Positions 26,072 to 39,661 of a stretch of 64,000 nucleotides of DNA are shown here, piece by piece. Within the stretch, counting starts at the first letter, position 1, and every line of letters starts with the position of its first letter. The notes below the pieces were generated by a model, which saw only the letters and a list, made by a program, of their open reading frames with translations, was not told the origin of the DNA and did not search any database. The position numbers were made by a program, and so were the translations under genes. The stretch comes from Plasmodiophora brassicae (lineage: Eukaryota). The stretch spans positions 496,001-560,000 of the forward strand of contig CP145409.1 of NCBI GenBank assembly GCA_036867785.1, in the 5' to 3' direction.

Positions 26072-26818
26072 ATGAACTCCCAAACTCTGCTCGTCCTCGC
26101 CCTCGGCATTGCCTGTGGCGTCGTCGCTGGCCAGCCCGGGTCCTATTCCGGCCAGGGCGGCGCCATGTCTCAGTTCGGCGCCCAACAGCAACAATTCGGA
26201 GGACAACAACAGCAACAGCAATTTTACGGCGGCGGCCAGCAACCCGGCAATGGGAACCAGTGGCCTCAACAGCAACAGCAAATGCAGCAAGGCAGCCAGG
26301 TCGCGTACAGTGCAACGACCCAGCAGCGCCCAGGCCCTGGTTCCCAGCAAGGTTCGTTTGGGCGCCCGTTCGGCCAACAGGGAGCGCAGGACTGCCCGCC
26401 AGGTGCACCGGCACCGCAGCCGTTGGTGAACAATTTCGCCCAGCAGGGACCGGCCCCGACCATGTCACAGCAAGGCATGCAAGGCACAGGCTTGGACTGC
26501 CCCCCTGGGGCAGCGTCGAGCGCGTTCGGTCAGGCCCAGGCTCCGTTAGGTGGCATGAACGGGGCTGATTGCCCGGACGGCCCACCTGGTATGCAGCGTC
26601 AACGGCAAAGCGCTGATGACTGCGACGATCAGAGCAACGGGTGGGACTCCCAGACGCTCGGATCGTCGTCATCCGGGGGGAACGCCCGGAGGGGATCGAC
26701 GTCCAGGTTCACCTTCAGGAACCGCAAAGGCTCGACTGCGGCGACAGGCCACGCGGAACGAGGCGCCATCGTCTCCATCCTGGCGATTGGGGCGGCCCTG
26801 TTCATTGCTATCTGCTAG
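26072..26818 (+). CDS. Secreted Gln/Gly/Pro-rich, probably GPI-anchored surface protein
   Basis: Signal peptide MNSQTLLVLALGIACGVVAG, low-complexity Q/G body with DCPPG/DCPDG x3, terminal hydrophobic tail AIVSILAIGAALFIAIC. Confidence 0.8.
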   Translation: MNSQTLLVLALGIACGVVAGQPGSYSGQGGAMSQFGAQQQQFGGQQQQQQFYGGGQQPGNGNQWPQQQQQMQQGSQVAYSATTQQRPGPGSQQGSFGRPFGQQGAQDCPPGAPAPQPLVNNFAQQGPAPTMSQQGMQGTGLDCPPGAASSAFGQAQAPLGGMNGADCPDGPPGMQRQRQSADDCDDQSNGWDSQTLGSSSSGGNARRGSTSRFTFRNRKGSTAATGHAERGAIVSILAIGAALFIAIC

Positions 26819-26915
26819 GCATGCCGAAAGCCGATCAAGTGCAAACTCTTCCGTACGCAAACACACATCGCAATGAAGGCCAGCTTTGACAGCATTGTCG
26901 GCACGATGTACAGTA

Positions 26916-28278
26916 CTAGACAATGAACGCTTGAACGCCCGCCATCACCGTGGCCTGCAGAATTGCAGGCTGGCCGGTACTGCTGAATGCAATCGTATTG
27001 ATGCCATCCGAGACGTCCCCCCGCATGGATCCGACCTGCCGGGTACCAGGTCAGAACGCGCACGGACGTGTAGGACGCACGGCGCATGAACAGGGAGGGC
27101 CTACCTTACGAAGATCGCTGGCAGAGTAGACCCCTCGTACGACGTACCGGTTATCGTCGACAACGTCGCCGTCCCTGATTGCCCTTAGGCGCTCCCGCAC
27201 CATGCGACGACTGCTGACGCCAAACCCAACAATGACGTAATCGCCCGATAACGTAAACCGAATACACGTCGAGAATTCCGCCTAGCACCCAGGATCCGAA
27301 CGTGACGTAAACGACGCGAACACGGCGGAATGCGCCTACCTCCATGACCGGGCACGATGCAAGGACCTGCCCGAATGAGTCGTCGCCATGTCGTACGGAC
27401 ACGATTGCCAGCGTCGGCCCAGTGGGATCCTTCCGGCAGCACGCCAGAACGTCACCGCGGACAGCGAGGCTCGCGCTCGTGTAGACGATGACGTGTCGCA
27501 GTCGTGCCCGGGTATCCGTCAACGTGCACGCCGCTTCGTCGTACCTCATGAATTCCAGGGAGGCCGTGCCCTGCGAACCCTCCATGGCGACAACAACGAT
27601 GGGGCCGCAGGCAACCGCGGCAACGATAGATCGCAGAGGGGCTTCGAAGAGGACTCCGACCGGGCATGGCAGAGTGGTGATGCTGGCAAGTGAAATACGT
27701 CGGGACTGGGCCATGCAGAAGCGGCCGTTCAGGTCGAGGAGGCTCCGAATGGACCCGCATTCGGAAAAGTCGACGACGGCCGTGCACGCGCCATCAAGGA
27801 CCGACCACAGGCGGCATTCACCAGCGAGGTCCCCGCTGGCAAGACAGTGGTCGTTGTGGAAACAGAGCGACCACGGCGTCCTGGTATGACCCAGCAGGCG
27901 ATGACGAAGGCGGAGGCTATCGGCCACATCCAGCACCGCAATCGAATGGTCCGTCAGGCCGACCGCGGCAACGTCATTGACCCCGACGGCAATGGAGACG
28001 GCCGCGGGGCACGGTCGTGGCTGCCAGGCTACACGTTTCGATCGTCGCCACAGCAGCAGGCAACGGTCCTGCAGGAGGCGACGGGCTCGAGAACCCCGGT
28101 GACGCCTCTCAGCAAGGCGCATTTTTCCGACAGTGGCCAGATCGCGCTGGACGTACAGTAGGTACGACGTAATCGAGGTGGTCCACAGCAGGTCAAGGGG
28201 ATCCGCGCCACGTCATCCGCGCTGCGAAACATACGGCCCAGCTATGAGGTTGTCCACGATCGCCGTTCGAGCTGCCAT
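26916..28278 (-). CDS. WD40 protein, AMBRA1-like (start approximate), multi-exon
   Basis: LLGHTRTPWSLCFH...LASGDLAGECRLW resembles the AMBRA1-family GHRRTPW repeat. Spliced 3' exons give STCIRFTLSGDYVIVGFG and GINTIAFS. Confidence 0.65.
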
Positions 28279-28394
28279 CCCCAGGGCCCCTGCGTCGTGT
28301 AACGAATATCAACGTGTGTGGCACGCACTCGCAGCGTCCGACGGGATCCGGTGCGAGCCAGATTGGGAGGCGGGGCTCTGGGGCTGAAGTCCAG

Positions 28395-28601
28395 ATGGGT
28401 GACGACGCCCTTGTGAAGACGGAAGTGGCGCTGAAGCGCATGCGCATGGACGTGGTTGCGCTGAGGGAGGCGGTCACGGCAGAGGCGGCAGCGGCCAGGA
28501 TCGTGGCGTACGTCAAGGCGACGGGTGACCCGCTGCACGACCGCGACAACGCCTGGGTCGAGAAACAGGCAGCGCAATGTGCCTGCACTCCAATGTGGTG
28601 A
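28395..28601 (+). CDS. Heterotrimeric G-protein gamma subunit (GGL domain)
   Basis: 68-aa ORF: helical N-half, REAVTAEAAAARIVAYV, DPL, NAW and Cys near the C-terminus (CACTPMW). Confidence 0.75.
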   Translation: MGDDALVKTEVALKRMRMDVVALREAVTAEAAAARIVAYVKATGDPLHDRDNAWVEKQAAQCACTPMW

Positions 28602-28730
28602 TCGCATATGCCTTGACGAATTCACCGGCCAGACAATACTCTGTCGACCGGATATAAACTATTCGTTGCGTTCCCAGCTTCGATCAGCAGCACGTACGAA
28701 GCAATTTATTCGGACATCAATCGAATCCGG

Positions 28731-30125
<1,395 letters not shown>

Positions 30126-30529
30126 CTAGAGGTGTCCAGAAGCGCGCGATAAGCTGGGCTAAATGCTCGGACACCTGTCTGCACTGTCGAGTGTGTGGCG
30201 TTTCCTGCAGCCCCTGTCGGCCAGGCCGGTGTTCCGGTTGTAGCTGGGAGGTCGAGCACGCCGTGCCCCGACAGTACACTGTGCGTATAGTCTAAACATG
30301 GCTGGCGACCTGGCGTTTAGATACGGAATACAGCCGGGGTGATGTCGGCGTGTCTAAACCGCGCTCACTGCGAGTGCTATATTTGAGCCATGGGCTGCGG
30401 CTGCATTTAGGCGTCCGTCTAATATGAATCCTGAAATAGAATTTCCAACGATTTGCTTCGGCGAGAAGCGGGCACACTGGTCGCCACAGACGTCGACGGC
30501 ACAAGCGCGCGCGCTACCGACGGTCCGCG

Positions 30530-33307
30530 ATGCGCGGCATGAGGAACCCTCAGAGCAATCTGGCGCGACCACCGCCGCCGATATTCGCCAGGATGTCTAG
30601 AGTACAGCGGCCGCCCAGCCCGCCCATTTCGGAGAACAACCCATCGGCGGGCAACGCTGGTGATGTGGCGCCGCCGACCGTGGACGGCAAACCGCCAGGG
30701 CGTCCTGCGCCGCACATCGCCCAAACGCTCCAACTGTTGAGGTCGCTGGATCCGGAGATCGACGCGGAACTCCAGCGGCTGCACGACGAAATGCGATCGA
30801 TGCGGGCTGACATTGTCGCGCACTCCAAATCCAATTTCATCTTAGAGCGAGAGCTCGACTCCATTGACGAAAAGATCAAGCTGCTTGTCCGGAACCGCAT
30901 CACGCTGCAGGACGTCATTTCGTCGGTGCAAATGTCGGACCGCAAGCCAGCTGGCCTGTTGGATCCAAAACTTCGTACCGCGTACGAGAACGTTCTGTAT
31001 ACGCTCCAGAATGATCCTGTCCACTTTGCGATTCTCGCGCGTTTGGTCACCGGATCCGAAGTGCAGCAGTTCGTCCAGACCGTTGTCTTCGACTTCTACG
31101 GCGACCAGTACGATACGCGTGACGAGCGGCTGCTCCTGTCGCTCTTTGGTCATGTCCTGCGCGCTGAGTTTGCTGCGGTTGGTCTCCTACGTTGTTGTTG
31201 TCGGCCATATGTCTGACACTTTCGACAGGCACAAGATATGGGTTCTCTCCTCCGTGCCAACACTGCTGTCACTAATATGCTCTCTGCGTATTCACGACGC
31301 GGCATGGGCCTATCGATCCTGTCAGACATTCTGGCGGAACCGCTGAGGAAGATCACTTCTGAGTCGACGTTGGACCTGGAGCTGAATCCCCTGGCTGTGT
31401 ACAAGGATCTTATCGTGCAGCACGAGACGAACACCGGGCAAGTCTTCCAGGGGCCAAGAGAACTTTCAAGCGAAGAGTGCGCCCTTCTTCCGGAGGTCGT
31501 CGAGGTTATTGAGCCCCGAAGGCGCCGACTGATCGCATTGGCGGCTGATATCCTTCATCGGATCTGTGACAACGTCGATCATGTCCCGTACGGCATGCGT
31601 TGGATTAGTAAGAAGCTTCGCGACCTTGCTGTCGAGTTCTTCCCGAACGCCGACAGGAAGAAAGTGGGCTCGATGATTGGCGGATATATCTATCTGCGAT
31701 TCTTCAACCCTGTCATCGTTGCCCCGGACGCCCTGGACTTCGTGCGCGGCAAGCTGTCGAAGAAGAATCGAAGGAATTTGATTCTCATTGCCAAGCTTCT
31801 TCAGAACTTGTCCAATGGCCTTGAGTTCGGTGAGAAAGAGCCATATATGACAGGATGCAACTGTAAGTCGCTCGCTATGGACCGAAATCTTCGCTTGCTA
31901 AAACGCGGGCGTATCGTATCAGGTTTCATTCGGGATTCCCGAGAGATCCTCGATAACTACTTTGATCGGCTGGTCGACGTCGAGGATCTGTCCACAGCGC
32001 TTGCCCTTGACAAATGGCTTGAGCGGACGGCGACACGCTCAACTCAAATCCAGATCTCGTTCAACCAGCTGTTTACTCTACATGCGTTGCTCCAGAAGCA
32101 TATCGATACTCTCTGTACAGACAAGTACCCTGTCTTGCGACGACAGATCTCGCAACTCGGGCCCGCGCCCAAACAGTTGAAGAGCGCCGATAACCACTCG
32201 GTGGGGCTTGAGCTGCACCCGTCAGTCAGTGAATATTCGGTCGATTCTGTTTCGTCCTCGCTGTCCCGAGACCGCGTCCCGTCCACTGTTGTTCCTGCTG
32301 GTGATGGGGATGATACTGACGACTCTGAATGCCATCCGTTATACCAGGATGCTTCCCACATTCTTCTTCAGTTTGTTAGAAGAAGCCCGCCCCAGCTGCT
32401 GCATGCGGGAAGCCTGAGGAATTGCTTGCAACGTGCCAAGGTACGTCTGTATACATGCTGACCGTCTACGACATCACTAACGGCCTCTGTGAAGATGGTT
32501 CCGTACGATCCCGACTTCGTGGAGCTCATAACCTCTCTGGAGGAGGCGCTGACGATGCTCCAGCGCATGCAGCTGTTGCCTTCAAGTGGCGACTTTGGTG
32601 ACCCATTCGATGTGAGGAATTTGTCTCCACCGGTTTGTCTGTCAGTGACCTGACCTCTGCGACAGGCCTTTGCTGCCAATGTACTGGAATCGCTACAGCA
32701 TCGGAATGGCCAACTGGAGACAGGTCGAAAACGGCACACGCTTGTCGCCAAAGTATCGTCGACGATACGAAACCACCATGAGTATCTCCAGTCCCGACTC
32801 GAATTGTACCGCGTGGTATGTTCAGTTCTGTGTCTGTTTGCCCTCCGTTTATTCATCCGTTTGCAGTACCTGGACAACGTGCGTTTGGGCCACGCGACTG
32901 CGAAATGCTCCGCGCCGTCCCCGAAGAAGGAGAAACCAGCTCGCTTCAAGATTTCGCAAAGCGAACTGGAAGCCAGCGGCGTTATTGTTGCAGTCGACCC
33001 GGACGTTCGGAAAGCTATTTTAAAGAAGACATCGTTTACGTTCACAGCGACGCAGAACCCAAACCAGTTTCTCGTCACTGCGCATTACAACAAGACAAGG
33101 TGTGTGACCTGATCTCAGAGCTCGGGTTTTGTGCCGCGCTAACCTGTCTGCCTCAGAGCACCAATGTCCCCGATCTTGTTTGATTTGGAGGAACTTTTGG
33201 ACATGCAATCGAACAACCAAGCCACAGTTAATGTCCCCAACATGGTTCTCAACGTCAACCTGCTCATCCATCTTCTCAACTCGAGATTTTTGGCAACGCG
33301 AAAGTGA
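30530..33307 (+). CDS. Ras GTPase-activating protein (IQGAP/Gap1-Sar1-like; RasGAP + RasGAP_C), multi-exon
   Basis: FYGDQYDTRDERLLLSLF, arginine finger LLRANT, YLRFFNPVIVAPD, RRNLILIAKLLQNL, C-terminal LEELLDMQ...NVNLLIHLLNSRF. Confidence 0.9.
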
Positions 33308-33546
33308 CGACGTCAAAGTTTCGCCAGTGTACAGAATACATCGATATTTTATATCAGTGTGCCGGAACAACGCGTGCGGTGTCCACCTTGCGCGGATGGC
33401 CCCTGGTGCCAATAGGTGGGCCGCGTTGACAATGAGAGAAACGAGCATGTTCGGGGCGTCCCTTGATCGTTTTGTTCGCGGAGTGCGCAGCGGCCAAGCC
33501 AATTCCGAAACGGCCGTTGCCTTGTCGACAGACGCGCAAGGTGGCC

Positions 33547-34451
33547 ATGCGCGGGATAGGGCGGCCGATGGTCGGCATGGCGCATATCGGCCAGGAGAAG
33601 AACCAGGTTGACTCCAGCGAGCCGGAGGAGGAGGAGGAAGAGGAAGAGTACGCGTGGGTCTCGTACTTCTGTAGCCTGAAGGGCAACGAATTCTTCTGCC
33701 AAGTCGACGACGACTACATCCACGACGGGTTCAATTTGATGGGCCTAAGTTCTCAGATACCGTATTACGAATTTGCACTTGACATTATACTCGACGTTGA
33801 CTACGACGATGAGAACCTCACTGAGGAGCAACAGGAGATGATTGAGAGTGAGGTAGATGTTCGCAGCAGTATCATGTCGCGGTGTTCTGTTCTGACAGAG
33901 ATGATATAGGCTGAGAACCTGTATGGCCTTATCCATGCCCGCTATATTCTGACTAGTCGCGGCTTGGCCGCCATGCTTGAAAAGTACAAAGCGTACCAGT
34001 TCGGAAGATGCCCGCGAGTTGCGTGCTCGGGCCAACCATTGTTACCAATTGGATTGTATGACACTCCTGACAAGGCTCCCGTTAAGCTCTACTGTGCGAA
34101 GTGTAACGACATCTACAGTCCACGCTCCCACCGTGCAGAGAGTATGGTAGATGTCGCCAATCGTCCACTATTCTGGCATTGACCGTGTCGCCAGACGTTG
34201 ATGGAGCATACTTTGGAACGTCGTTTGCCCACCTGTTCTACCTTGTGTACCCAGAGCTGCGCCCGGAACCTGTCACCGAGCCGTACATCCCTCGAGTGTT
34301 TGGTTTCAGGTGACGTTCCGAGTGTTTCCATGATGCCTTGCATTAATGTGCTTGTCGTAGGCTGCATTCATCTTGGTGGGAGAAGTCGATGCAGTACCGC
34401 CAAGAGAAGGACAAGGTCGTAATGGGACCAATCGCGTCTGCCCCGCGATAG
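33547..34451 (+). CDS. CKB1: Casein kinase II regulatory (beta) subunit, multi-exon
   Basis: [75 protein letters not shown]. Confidence 0.96.
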
Positions 34452-34577
34452 GTGCTTAACACGCTCATTGTCTCCGTTGAATGGTCTACCTTGGTCTGAA
34501 ACACTCCCGTGGCGGTTCTCCTGTCGTCAATACATCTTCATAGCCAAGTAATGTACACTCAAACGCAGGTCGTTTAT

Positions 34578-36447
34578 TCAGCGGCGCTGTGGTACCCGGG
34601 TATCACCGTCCTGGTCCCGTGCCGTCGCATCCGCAGAGGCCTTTGGAGCTCCTGGTGTCCATTCAGCGTAGTCAGGGCGCTCACAGGCCTTGTACTCCTC
34701 AGTGAGATCGTGAACAATGTCTCGAGCATTGTCGAGCTCATCAAGTCCATCGGCAAACATGCTCTCCTACATAGCAGAGATGTCAGGCTGGACCCCGAGC
34801 CCACATGCATGCCGTCACCGACCTTCTTGTACTGGTCCAGGAAAGCACCGCGCTTACGCAGCATATCGTACTGTCTCAACGCCTTGACAAACAGATGATG
34901 GATGGAGGTGTGATTTGCGATCATGAGACCGTTGACCCGGTGAGCCGTTTGAACGTAAGGACTCTTCTTGCTGAGGGCGACCTAATTAACGCGATCCCAT
35001 ATTGAACGAAACCGTAATACGTATTGCGACGTGGTTGTTACCTGTATGGAGGCTGGTCCCCAGGGAATAAAGCTCGCCAACTTTCGTTCTCGAATACGCT
35101 GCAGGCTTTTGTGAACCTGTGTAGGGTCGACATCGCCTTGAATGATATTCAAAATTGAAATATAAGCGCCCCTAGGCAAACGTGGCACTCAGCGGGTGCC
35201 CGCTGCAACGCGGTGAACAACATACTTTCGCGTGTTGCAGGAAACCATAATGTTCTTGGACTGAAGCAGGCGGCGCATGACATCGACGACGGACGTCTTT
35301 CGGACGGCACTATGAGCTGACGGAAGTGTGAGCGGCGTATAGCCTATGAATGTACCAGTAAGATCCCATCCGCTTCTCCCGCATCAATAGATAACGGACC
35401 CGTCATCAGGAAGTGACATCGAGGGGTAGGAATGAGCGAGGCGATCAACCCGATCAGATCGTTGTTCATGTAGCCAGGGTACCGGAGAGTGGTCGTTGAG
35501 GCGGCCATAACAGTAGACACTAGCGAATTCGTCTGCGCAAACGTCGGGTTCTCGATATGAAGGCGATCAACGGCAATTCGGTTTAGGGCGGTATTATCCA
35601 AGACAACGACCGCATCCGCATTGACTATGGCACATTCCGCTTAAGAACGCTACGAAAAGGGCTGCCAATGCATGCACACTGTACCTGTCAAGCGCTTCAG
35701 AGTCAAAACGGAATTGTACGGCTGGACAACCACATCCGATGACTCATGCTGATTGGGAAACACCGAATACGTTTGAATCAGCTTCTTTGGGTACCGATCG
35801 TTCAGGGTCTCCAGCAGATAAGATCCCATTCCAGATCCCGTTCCGCCGGCAATGGAATGGCACAGCACGAATCCTTCGAGCGAGTCGGAACCGTCAGCTT
35901 CGCGATCAATCATATCGACGATCTCTTCGGCAACTTGTTCACCGACAGCGTACCCCTTCGCCCAAATGTTACCAGCACCACCTGCAGTGGATCAGACGCG
36001 CGCATAGCACACACTTCGGCCGCAGAAGCCCACCTCCGTCTTTCCACACGTAGATGTTCTCAGGGTTGTACAGGTTCGCGTAAGGTGACGCTTTGATCGC
36101 ATTGATAACACGCGGCTCCATGTCGATCAGGATGGCCCTCGGAATATACTGTTCGTCATCAGCCTGATAGAAGAACACGTCCTTGCGATCACCGGCGCCC
36201 TCGCTCGCGAAGTTCTCGATAATACCGTCGCTGTTACTCACAGGTCAGACGTCTACCGACATCCATGAAGCACGTCCAGATGACCTTCGTATGCCATGCT
36301 CGGCGCAGAGCTGTTTCCAGAATTCGCTGCCAACTGCCCAGCAACGGTCAGTCCATCATCATAACAGCACGCGTTACGATTAGGGGCGGCATGCATACTC
36401 TGGTTGCCACACTGGCCGACTTGCAGCGTGATGATCTCGCGCGGCAT
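34578..36447 (-). CDS. TUBG1: Gamma-tubulin, multi-exon
   Basis: [67 protein letters not shown]. Confidence 0.98.
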
Positions 36448-36865
36448 GCCTCAAGGTTGACAGCCCCCGGGCCCAATGCGATGGTCCGCCGTCCGCGACG
36501 CAACTCTCGCGCGGGCCACGGGCTGATCCACAGCAGCCGGCGATTGGCGCCCACCAACACTCCAGACGGCCCAGGAATGCTTCACGACTTGGACGTATTT
36601 ACGTTCAGAGTATTGGATGGCCGGTAGGACAGTTACTACGGTCTGTCAGGGGTCATTTCGTACTCCACAGCCGTAGCGTCGTCCGACCGAGCGGAGGGTC
36701 GCCTGAACCCGGGCGCGCAGAAACGCTGCCTCAACCCGGGTCCCGGCCCGGGCCGCCCTCGCCCGTCCGCACTAATTTGCATGGAGGTTGCCAGCCCCTG
36801 ATTGCGATCGTTGTCTGGGCGTCGTCGGATGATTCGGGCGTCGACCTGACCCGGGTATCGCGACC

Positions 36866-37254
36866 ATGCCGCGTAGCAAGGTGCAACGTCGCCGTCAAAC
36901 GAGGGGCGCCGGGTCCCAGTCCAAATGGGTCCTCGTCGCCGTGGATGGTGTCCTTCCAGGTTCGCATTCGTCCGTTCCTGTTCGTGGATCACCCAACTGA
37001 TTAGGCTGGCAGAAGAGTACAGCGAGTTTTATAATGGGATCTGGGCAGGCGACGCGATCGCCGCCGCCAAGAAGGTGTATCGGCGAATGAAGTGGGCGGA
37101 ATCGATCACGGTCGCATCGTGCGACAACCATAACGAAGTGCATCATTTCGACTCGAGCGAGTTCAGCCTGTCTGCGGATCACAAGCGCTCGCAGGACCAC
37201 AGGCGGTCATGCATGTCGAAACTTGACGTTGCTTTGGCTGGATATGTGTCGTAG
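36866..37254 (+). CDS. Small protein with basic N-terminus (111 aa, intron 36960-37012), possible MC1-like DNA-binding domain
   Basis: Removing a 53-nt GT-AG intron gives an intact frame: MPRSKVQRRRQTRGAGSQSKWVLVAVDGVLPEEYSEFYNGIWAGDAIAAAKKVYRR...ITV...EVHHF. The family call is by eye only. Confidence 0.55.
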
Positions 37255-37484
37255 ACTGGTGGGTCGCCCTCAAGCTTGCGCCGAAAACAATTACAGCGAT
37301 GCCTAATAATCCCTATTCAATCGATGCGCAATTAAGCATTGGCCTTGCCATGCGACGACTGCGCAAGCGAACGGGGGTCAAGCGGCCCCCAGAAATGATC
37401 AGAGACAGCAGTACTACACGTATCGATATCAAGTGGATAAAGGTGTAGGGATAAATACTGTAGGGCACGCATGCATCGGTGACA

Positions 37485-38565
37485 TCATCCTGTCCCACGT
37501 TCGAGACTCGCTTTGAGCTCTTGCGTATACGGGTCGAAGAACCTGGCGACCTTCTTGTTGAAGACGCGGTTGCGCTCGTTGATATAGCTGACTGTCTCAT
37601 CTTCGTAGAACTGTCGGCGGCGACTGAACTTGGACCGTCGCTCAACGGTTTCGTTCAGCTCGTTCACCATGGCGTCAACGTTAGCCTAAGAGTTACAACG
37701 CATCGTCAGATGTCGCTTCGCATAGACGCTGGGCAACCATACGGGACTGGGCTTAGCACCATGGCCGTAGCTGAGAGGGTCGAACTCATCAACAGCATCC
37801 TTACTTTCGTCAATCTGTCGAGGGATACTTTTGGTGCGACGTTCGTATGACCGGAACAGGGCGTCTTGGTTGAACACTATCCGGCAAAGATAATCACGAG
37901 ATTGGTACGCGCACTAGGCATGCGCTCAGTAACAATCATACCATCCCAACCAAAGGCGGCAGGCTTCTTATTGTGCTTGCGCTCGTACGATTCCTGGCAT
38001 TTCTCAGCAGTTTGATGAAGCAATTCAGCGTCGGGATCCTGGAGCAGCGACAGCACATTAGCGACACCGAGCATACGACATGGTACTCGTACCCGTTCGG
38101 CTTTCGCCCTCGCTTTAGCTTCGCGTTCCTGTTTCGCAAGACGTTTCCTCTGTTCGGCCTTCGATTCGGACAGCCTTTCACGCTCCTCCTCGCTTTGCTT
38201 CTTATTCAGAGCACGAGCCTGACTCGACAGTTACGACACAACCAAACAATGCACTAAGCGCCATCGTACTTGATTAAGCTGCAATCGTAATTCGAACAGG
38301 CGCTTCTGCCTATCCGACTTCTCGATATTATTGGCAGGTGGTTCCTTCCTTTCCTCCTCCATGTTAGCATCAACACGATGATGCTCGGCAGCATCCTCCA
38401 CTCGGTCGTCAAAGACACGATCTTCTCCTGGACCGTCGGTCTCTTCCTGGCCACGATCGTCTACAGGTTGTTGCTTGTTTGCGTCGGCCTTACTGTCGCC
38501 GTCAACTGACCTAGATCACGTCAATCAGAAGAGTGCATGAACAGTCGCGCAGCCCATACGAACAT
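37485..38565 (-). CDS. SYF2: Pre-mRNA splicing factor SYF2 (start approximate), multi-exon
   Basis: FGWDVFNQDALFRSYERR and FSRRRQF...VSYINERNRVFNKKVARFFDPYTQELKASLERGT. Confidence 0.93.
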
Positions 38566-39231
38566 GTGAGTAAATGTTATAGGCGATTTCGGTCGGCGTC
38601 GTCGATCCTTCTTACAATGTTCAACGGCAGAAAGCACCTCTTCACCCTCAATAAGGTCCGCAATAACGCCGCTCCGTTCCTTGTCAACAGACGAAAGCAC
38701 GACTGACAGCCTCATCTGGTCATCCACATTTTCACAGATTAACGCCCCGCGTCCTGGCGTATCGGCAGCCGTATCCGCTCGGAAATCGCTCTCAATCGGT
38801 GACAGGTGGACGAAATGCCTGTCGACAGTGTCCACTTCAACACGTCTCAATCCGACCAGGCCACCACCTGCCCCGAACATGAGATGTGGAAACGCCAACC
38901 ATACTGTGAAGACGTCACCTGCTGCGCCACCCCGAAGACGGAACACGAGGCGCCCGTCGATGTCGGCACCGCCGGCCACGCGAAAGGCCACGAGATCCAT
39001 TGTGGAGGTATCACGGACTGCGCGGTAAATGCCGAACTAACCACCAGGCACAGGTGGTCGACATGACTGATGCGGAGCCGAATCCTGCCACGAACTGGGA
39101 CACTGACTCCAGCGATCAGGTACTCGCGCTGGCATCATCTGCGCTCCTGCTCTGTCCAGCCGACCGATTGATGTCTCCTCTCGTGGATGCGCAACACCAG
39201 CTGCCGGCTCTGCCTGGAGCAATGGGATAAT

Positions 39232-39661
39232 TCCTACTATGTTCATTATCGCGGTCTCAAGTACTTCTGTGCCCTGATCGGCGACTACACGTCGCTGGTT
39301 CTGCTCGGTGACCGCATACCCAAGTACGCCCCGTCCATGTTAGCTCGCACGATTGTACGCTACATGGACTGGAAGACCGGCGAAGAAGGACCTGCACTGC
39401 TTGAAGTTAATGGCACACCAGCTGTCGACGTTGACGGTAACGCGGTCGTATGCGACGGGCAGTGGAAGAATCCGGGCGGCACGCTTGTCCAGTTTCTCAC
39501 CGCCGTTTCGAAAGCACACAAGGCCGCGGGCATGGACGGCGTTGCTTATGCACCAATGTGTCGATCTGTACGAAACGAGGGGGTCGGTCAGCGGCTGCCG
39601 CCATCGTGCTGGACGGCCTGTGTTGAACCAGTGCGGAAACGTGAGATTCAGTCAGGACGTT
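39232..39661 (+). repeat. Left arm of ~430-bp imperfect inverted repeat (partial copy of the recombinase gene)
   Basis: tcctactatgttcattatcgcggtctcaag...gagattcagtcaggacgtt is the reverse complement of 40042-40477 with scattered substitutions and indels. Confidence 0.95.

Noticed and set aside
26916-28278. WD40 gene head-to-head with G-gamma as a possible G-beta
   Set aside because: No N-terminal coiled coil or conserved G-beta motifs; the GHTRTPW repeat fits AMBRA1-like proteins instead.
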